The position numbers and the translations under genes are program-made. This document shows positions 58,214 to 63,511 of a stretch of 63,511 nt of DNA, piece after piece (position 1 is the first letter of the stretch; each line of letters begins with the position of its first letter). The notes under the pieces are model-generated. The model was not told where the DNA came from. It saw only the letters and a list, made by a program, of their open reading frames with translations, and searched no databases. The DNA comes from a virus (taxonomy: Duplodnaviria > Caudoviricetes), in IMG/VR virus record IMGVR_UViG_3300025133_000099, positions 1 through 63,511 of that record. One strand, written 5' to 3'.

Positions 58214-59974
58214 TTATAGATCGATTTCGTATCGAACGATGCGGGAAGTAGGTGGTCGACTATCCGCTGACAACTCTAAACCGATTTGGTCGGACTTTGC
58301 AACCATTGATCCCTGATTGTCGTCTGCTTCGGCTGCTGGTTCGCCCCCAACATCTTGATTGTCCTCGTCAGCAAGGCTGAGATCATGCGCTTCATCATCA
58401 AACTGATCGTCAGGATCTTCGTATTCCTCGTCGCCATAGCCGTCGTCTTCCCCACCTTCAGCGTCCTCGTCGGCCATAGCTTCTTGCGACTGGATGTATT
58501 GTAGCCATGTCGGATCAAGGATGACATCACCCTTACCGTCTCCCATAGGCTCAAGCCCAACGAAATGTCGTGCTTCGTCGACAGTCATGTAGATTTTGGT
58601 CTGCTTCTGAAGCAAGTCCGTTTCCGCGTCAGGGCCGCGCTGATCAAGACCGATGGGAACAGCCTCGAACGCGGGGTCGATAACTTGCAAAAAATGCTTG
58701 TTGATGCAGTCGAAAAACCAGTAGACGAGTGGGCGCAGACCGAGATCACGAGAAGCCTTCAGCTTTTCTTCGATAGGAGCCTGCCCCATCGCCTGTGATT
58801 GCCCGCTGTTACCGTAGGAAAAGTTGACCTCTTCTGGAGCGATCTGGTAGCGGGCGCAGACGATCTTGATCAAAAAATCCATCCATGCGCCCATCTCCAT
58901 GTCCTTGTTGGACATTTGCATATTGATCCACTGAAGTTCCTCTGCGTTTGTGATGGGTGTGCGCCAGCTATTGTGTACCCCGGCGACCATTGCGTACCAT
59001 TGTCGTCTAAAGCTCTGAAGGTGTTTGTCGGGAATCGTGCCCTTGAAGTTCAGGATTCCTTTCGTGCTTGACCCTTGTGAGAAAAATCGGCGGTTGTACT
59101 CGATACCCCAAAGAAATCCAGTGATCTCGCGAACAAGAGTTTCAAGCTCTGACAGCCCGTACCCGTAGCTACGGATTCCGCTTCGTGGATTCCTGATGCA
59201 GAAAGCCATTTCGTCTGAAGTAAAGTCGGCGACAATACTGCCATGAACGACTTGAACGGCGAAAGGCTTTCCCTTTTCTTGAACAGCAGGATCGAGAAGG
59301 CGGATTGTCGTTGGGTCTACAATCGAAATGTACGAAGGCTTGCCCTTCTTGTCAGGGACAAGCTCGAAACAGGCTTGGTCATACGTCAGCGAATCGCGAA
59401 TGAACATTCCGCAGAACTCTCGGAGACTGACAAAGTCCTTGGTGTTCTTACCGTCAACATAGCCCGTGTGCAGTAGAACATGCTCAAGCTCGTCGCAGCG
59501 TGCTTGCGTCTTTTTATCGATCTTACGGGTGCGATCTCGCGGGCGCACCTTGAACCCAGGACTGTACCGATCTTCTGGACGCTGGCAGAATGTTTGGGTT
59601 TGCGTCATTCGCGTCCTGATGACATCGGCAAGAACTGGGACACCCTGCGCTGTGGACTCCATCGCACTGAATGACAGTTGACTTGGGCGCTCTCGCCAGC
59701 CCATGAGCGACACGAGATCAAACGGGTCAAAGCTGATCGCTTTGGGGTCGGCTGCCGCGTCGTGAGAAGCGTCGAACGTATGCGTGCCGTCCTTCCCCAT
59801 CGCCTTAGCCATTGAAGCGGCTTTGTTGATGTTGTCGTCGAAATCACGCACTTTGCGGTCATTGTCGCGTTCTTCAGCCCAGCCGCTCAGTCGATCCGCG
59901 CCTTCACGGACAGCGGTAGAAGCAGCGGAGGTTGCCGCTTCTGCTGCGGCCTTGATGTCGTCACGAATCCCCAC
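58214..59974 (-). CDS. Portal protein (SPO1/Twort-like)
   Basis: IRDSLTYDQACFE, VDPTTIR, RNPRS...YGLSELE, FFSQG...KGIL, FRRQW, DLGLRPL, TVDEAR. Confidence 0.92.
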   Translation of the reverse strand: MGIRDDIKAAAEAATSAASTAVREGADRLSGWAEERDNDRKVRDFDDNINKAASMAKAMGKDGTHTFDASHDAAADPKAISFDPFDLVSLMGWRERPSQLSFSAMESTAQGVPVLADVIRTRMTQTQTFCQRPEDRYSPGFKVRPRDRTRKIDKKTQARCDELEHVLLHTGYVDGKNTKDFVSLREFCGMFIRDSLTYDQACFELVPDKKGKPSYISIVDPTTIRLLDPAVQEKGKPFAVQVVHGSIVADFTSDEMAFCIRNPRSGIRSYGYGLSELETLVREITGFLWGIEYNRRFFSQGSSTKGILNFKGTIPDKHLQSFRRQWYAMVAGVHNSWRTPITNAEELQWINMQMSNKDMEMGAWMDFLIKIVCARYQIAPEEVNFSYGNSGQSQAMGQAPIEEKLKASRDLGLRPLVYWFFDCINKHFLQVIDPAFEAVPIGLDQRGPDAETDLLQKQTKIYMTVDEARHFVGLEPMGDGKGDVILDPTWLQYIQSQEAMADEDAEGGEDDGYGDEEYEDPDDQFDDEAHDLSLADEDNQDVGGEPAAEADDNQGSMVAKSDQIGLELSADSRPPTSRIVRYEIDL

Positions 59975-59976
59975 GG

Positions 59977-60258
59977 CTATTCCTTATTCGGGTTCAAGCC
60001 CGTCATCGGGTTCATTAGCCTACCGTTGGGAAAGCGTGGAACTGGGTCAATAGGTGGATTACCCATGTGCGGATCGGTGCCCATGTCGATGTTTCTTGGC
60101 TTCGCAGCGGGCGCTGCGCCTGTGCGACGAACCGTCGCTGGATTCTCAATGGCAACACCACTGTCGTGGTAGGTCACGCTTCCGATCTTGTAGCTGTCTA
60201 CTGGCTTCTTTTCTGATTGCTTGATCATGTCAAGAACGCTCATTTTCGTATCACTCAT
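59977..60258 (-). CDS. Hypothetical Pro-rich protein
   Basis: Coupled to neighbours. Confidence 0.55.
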   Translation of the reverse strand: MSDTKMSVLDMIKQSEKKPVDSYKIGSVTYHDSGVAIENPATVRRTGAAPAAKPRNIDMGTDPHMGNPPIDPVPRFPNGRLMNPMTGLNPNKE

Positions 60259-62726
60259 TTGTCGCCTCCTGCGTACATAGCTCGAATATGCGGTGCATAC
60301 TCCATATTCATATTTGAATGTTTTGTTTCAGATTTGAAAGTTTTAGATTTCGACATGTCCTGATCTTGGACGACAATCGACTTTTTCACAGCGCCAGCAG
60401 CGTGATCTGCCATCTGGTGGTAGTAGTCGCCCGTTTCTTTCGCTGTTGGGTGCGACATGTATTGCTTCATCGCGCTGTGGTATTCCTCGCCTTTAGGGGT
60501 GTGGTAGTTGTCACCCTGCGTGCGTAGGTGCCTTTCAAAATCAGGCTTGGTTTCTCCACTGGCGTCAAGATCCATGCGGGCGCTATGCGTACCGTCGGGA
60601 TGCGTCATGGTGATCGAGGTTTTTCGGTAGCCGCCTCCTGGGTCTGCGGCGACAATCCCAGCGAGTGCGCTGTTTAGGTCTTCGACGTTGTCAAACTCCA
60701 AGCCCTCGTGGGTGCCCATACGGGCACCACGTTCATTGAGGCGGTCACCCAGCTTGCCTTCGTGGTCGTCGATCTTGAACTTGACTTTAGACTCTTTCTT
60801 GGGAAGGTCTGACAGCCTTCCAGTAGTGGAAACAGCAGCGGCGTGGGTGGCGCGTTCCATGTTTGGCAGATTCCTGTGCAGTCTGGATGGGTCGCGACCA
60901 GACGCTTCATGTACTCGACTCAGTTGGTCATGGTAACGCCCTGCCGAGTTGTGCTTTGCAGCTTCTTCCCACTTACCTTCCCCCTGAAGCTGATCGGACA
61001 ACGCCCATTTGTGATCGGCGCGAGCGTTGTGTTCCGCTGCCGCCTCTTTATGATCGTCTTCCGACCAGCCGACAGTGTGGTCGCGAAAGTTGGATTGAGA
61101 TAGGAAAGCCATCTTCTTTCCTGACGCGGTATTTCCCACCGAATGGGTATCGCCGCGCTTGTTGGCGGGTGCCTTGGTGCTTTCAACAGCTTCCGCTGCT
61201 TCGGTGTGTGCTTGCTTGAGTTTGCGGGCATCACGCAAAGCGTGGTTTGCGTTTGACACATCATACTTCTCAGGCCCACCGTACCTGAACTTACCCAACT
61301 TCATTGCGCCGTGGGCTTCTGCCATTTTTCCATGGTATTCCGACTCGTACTTGTGGGCAAAATAAGCATTTGAATCTTTGCGAGCGTCCATCTTCTTTGC
61401 ATGGGCCTCGTACATCAGCTTCGAGTGCTTCTTAGCTAAAGCGTGGTGCTCGTCCTCAGTCGTGTCCTTGTGATCGTTGTGCCAACCCTTCTCAGTCCCG
61501 CCGTGTGCGTGCTTGCGTTGGCGGGAGGCTGTCTTGCCGTCCTTCCACGCGATGGTGTGATCACTGTCTGCCCACTTGCCTCCGCGTTTTCCGATGAATG
61601 GCCCGCCGCCTGCTTTGAGCAGATCGGGATTGTCGTCTACTGATTTCGTTAGCCCTTGCCGCTTGAAATCCCTGTATATTTCCATCGACATAACAGGGTC
61701 TGTTGCAGTGTACTCAAAGAGGTTTTCCGCATCTGGGTCATTCACCTCATCTTTGATTTCAGCGACTGAAACTCCGTAGTGGTTAGCCACATGATTCAGG
61801 ATCTTTGTCCTCTTCGCGGCTGGTAGGCTGTCGAGATACTTCGCGTTCGCGTGTTCCTTGCTCGCGGTCTTGTCCTCCCACTTTGTAGCTTGGTCATAGG
61901 GTGACGATCCTCCACTCATGATCTGCGATGCGTGGTGCTTTGCAGACTCCAGAGTGTTGTGGCCACTGACAGTCGGGTCGCTGTGCGCCCCGCCTGCGTA
62001 GTCTGAGGTTCCCTGCTTTGCTGAATCCCACGACTGCTCGATGCTGTGCCCTTGGGCTTCTCCGTTCTTGTCTACATGAGCGACGACCTTGACCTCTTGC
62101 CCTCGGCTTGATCGGTGATGGCTGATGACTTTCTTATCAAGCTTGCGAACCTTTGCTTGCTTGGCGTGGTGTTCATCCCAGTGAGCGTCGTGGTGTGCTA
62201 CGGCCTCTTTTCGATTCTTTTCTGCCAGCTTATACATCGCTGCTTGCTCGGCACCATCACCGCGTAGTGCGGCCTCTGAAGCCATCCGCATAGCGTTGTG
62301 GTGCGCCATTTCGGAAGCAAGCATGTTGTCGTGGTGGCTATTGTCGCCTTTGAAACCCTCAAGGTGCTCGTCGCGTTTATTCTGGTGATGAACCACCAGC
62401 GCGTCATGCCTCTCTGGGCCGATGTGCATACGGTCGCCTCGCGCTGTCTCGCGTCCGTCATGCGAGTGATTGTGCTCGTCATCGACCTTCCCACGCTTGT
62501 AGCTGTTCTGATCTGGATACCAGTAGTCCCAGCCGCCTTTCGCGTTTCGTTTCCGCATCCCGTGGTTGCGGGTCTTGGGCACAGGTGTCCAGCCCGACGC
62601 CTTCTGAAGATCAGGTTCGCGCCCTTCGAGACGCGCCAGCTTATTGTCGTCAAGTGCTTGGGCTTTTCTCACACCTCGATGGTGTGCTTCTGCGCCTTTG
62701 ACCAAGTCAAGTAGCTCGTTACTCAT
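60255..62726 (-). CDS. His-rich modular protein, putative internal head protein
   Basis: Roughly one residue in ten is His by eye; DLxK(A/G) linkers; GGWDYWYP module. Confidence 0.65.
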   Translation of the reverse strand: MSNELLDLVKGAEAHHRGVRKAQALDDNKLARLEGREPDLQKASGWTPVPKTRNHGMRKRNAKGGWDYWYPDQNSYKRGKVDDEHNHSHDGRETARGDRMHIGPERHDALVVHHQNKRDEHLEGFKGDNSHHDNMLASEMAHHNAMRMASEAALRGDGAEQAAMYKLAEKNRKEAVAHHDAHWDEHHAKQAKVRKLDKKVISHHRSSRGQEVKVVAHVDKNGEAQGHSIEQSWDSAKQGTSDYAGGAHSDPTVSGHNTLESAKHHASQIMSGGSSPYDQATKWEDKTASKEHANAKYLDSLPAAKRTKILNHVANHYGVSVAEIKDEVNDPDAENLFEYTATDPVMSMEIYRDFKRQGLTKSVDDNPDLLKAGGGPFIGKRGGKWADSDHTIAWKDGKTASRQRKHAHGGTEKGWHNDHKDTTEDEHHALAKKHSKLMYEAHAKKMDARKDSNAYFAHKYESEYHGKMAEAHGAMKLGKFRYGGPEKYDVSNANHALRDARKLKQAHTEAAEAVESTKAPANKRGDTHSVGNTASGKKMAFLSQSNFRDHTVGWSEDDHKEAAAEHNARADHKWALSDQLQGEGKWEEAAKHNSAGRYHDQLSRVHEASGRDPSRLHRNLPNMERATHAAAVSTTGRLSDLPKKESKVKFKIDDHEGKLGDRLNERGARMGTHEGLEFDNVEDLNSALAGIVAADPGGGYRKTSITMTHPDGTHSARMDLDASGETKPDFERHLRTQGDNYHTPKGEEYHSAMKQYMSHPTAKETGDYYHQMADHAAGAVKKSIVVQDQDMSKSKTFKSETKHSNMNMEYAPHIRAMYAGGDK

Positions 62727-62728
62727 GG

Positions 62729-63493
62729 CTATGCCTCGTATGTTGACTTGACGTATTCGCCGTAGTCAAGATTGAACTGTGGTGTTGATTTCTTGATAGT
62801 GCCACGGTCACCCGACGCAAGATACTCACCCTGACGCTTGTAGCCTGCGCCATCCCAAGTAAACGTCACTTTCTTGCCACTCGCCGCAAGTCGCGTGCCC
62901 GCTTGTGGTTTGAGTACAACCTGCTTGTTGTCCCAAGACACGGAAGCAACCTCGTAAGTAGATCCGATCTTGTGGCCGATTGTAAGATCCCCCAGCTTGT
63001 GGATCTTTGGTTTCGGAGTCTTCTCGTTTCGCTTATCCATGTGGTGCATGGCGTGTGCGTAATGCTCATCGCCTTCCTTTTCGTGAGCGCGGCGAGTGTC
63101 CCGCCCCGCTCCACCAGAAGCCCGACTGGACGTTGTGGCGTCCATGCGGTCGAAAGCAGCCTCGGAAAGTTTCTCATGTAGGTCTTCTGCGTCACCGTGG
63201 TCTTTGTGCGTAAAGTGCTTGTGACTTGGATGGTCTGGTCGAGCGTAGATCGCCTTCCCGCTTGAGGTATGTCCGATAACATGCCCACCTCTGGAACCTT
63301 CCTTGTCACCCTTCACCAGATCGGGATTGGCGTCTATTGACTTTGAATAGTGGTGTTCTGGGTAGGTGGCAGCGGCTTGTCGGTGGGAGTCTCGCGTTGC
63401 CGATTCAGACGGAACACCGTGCTTGAGCGCAGTGTGCTCTGTCCCGTGCAACCTTTCGATCTGCTTGGCTGCACGTTCGACATGCTGCTCCAC
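62729..63493 (-). CDS. His-rich protein related to 60255-62726 (may extend past the right edge)
   Basis: KSIDANPDLVKG matches KSVDDNPDLLKA. The frame is open to 63511, although AAGGAG precedes the GTG. Confidence 0.6.
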   Translation of the reverse strand: MEQHVERAAKQIERLHGTEHTALKHGVPSESATRDSHRQAAATYPEHHYSKSIDANPDLVKGDKEGSRGGHVIGHTSSGKAIYARPDHPSHKHFTHKDHGDAEDLHEKLSEAAFDRMDATTSSRASGGAGRDTRRAHEKEGDEHYAHAMHHMDKRNEKTPKPKIHKLGDLTIGHKIGSTYEVASVSWDNKQVVLKPQAGTRLAASGKKVTFTWDGAGYKRQGEYLASGDRGTIKKSTPQFNLDYGEYVKSTYEA

Positions 63494-63511
63494 CTCGTAC
63501 TCCTTACGGTT

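Larger units (their letters stand above)
184..61637. repeat. Dispersed 10-mer GACGACAATC/GATTGTCGTC, at least 58 exact copies plus many 1-2 mismatch variants
   Basis: Copies located by eye, e.g. 184, 969, 2139, 3371, 4049, 9031, 13308, 19461, 32320, 43453, 53051, 61628. Confidence 0.95.

Noticed and set aside
184-61637. The 10-mer as a CRISPR array or as a by-product of amino-acid preference
   Set aside because: Copies are irregularly dispersed inside genes, too short for CRISPR repeats, and read in all six frames.
1-63511. tRNA genes, integrase, terminase, endolysin, or an alternative genetic code
   Set aside because: None was recognised. Intergenic gaps are very short, and genes tile completely under the standard code.

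Overview
The window is part of a large contractile-tailed dsDNA phage genome (GC in the mid-50s by eye), with essentially every gene on the minus strand. Read right to left in transcription order it contains four blocks. (1) His-rich putative internal head proteins, portal, MuF/gp7-like protein, an 887-aa inorganic-pyrophosphatase-like + sigma-70-like fusion, a 2733-aa zincin + SNF2 'polyvalent' protein, prohead protease, scaffold and major capsid protein (SPO1/Twort-like architecture). (2) Neck, sheath, tube, chaperones, tape measure, baseplate and fibre genes, ending in a terminator at about 14.4 kb. (3) A replication block: HTH protein, SF2 helicase, DnaB-like helicase, primase. (4) A CobS/CobT-like AAA/vWA pair, a sigma factor, a DUF2924-like protein and the truncated start of a family A DNA polymerase. 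The strongest unexplained signal is a non-palindromic 10-mer, GACGACAATC/GATTGTCGTC. I count at least 58 exact copies by eye (about 1 per 1.1 kb), on both strands and in all six reading frames of coding DNA, while several short palindromes appear strongly avoided. The second is an apparent virion-cargo system: head-region proteins carrying candidate K|S/A protease sites and a shared W-x-Y-(W/Y)-Y module, among them a probable packaged sigma factor. All calls come from motif recognition by eye; no searches were run.
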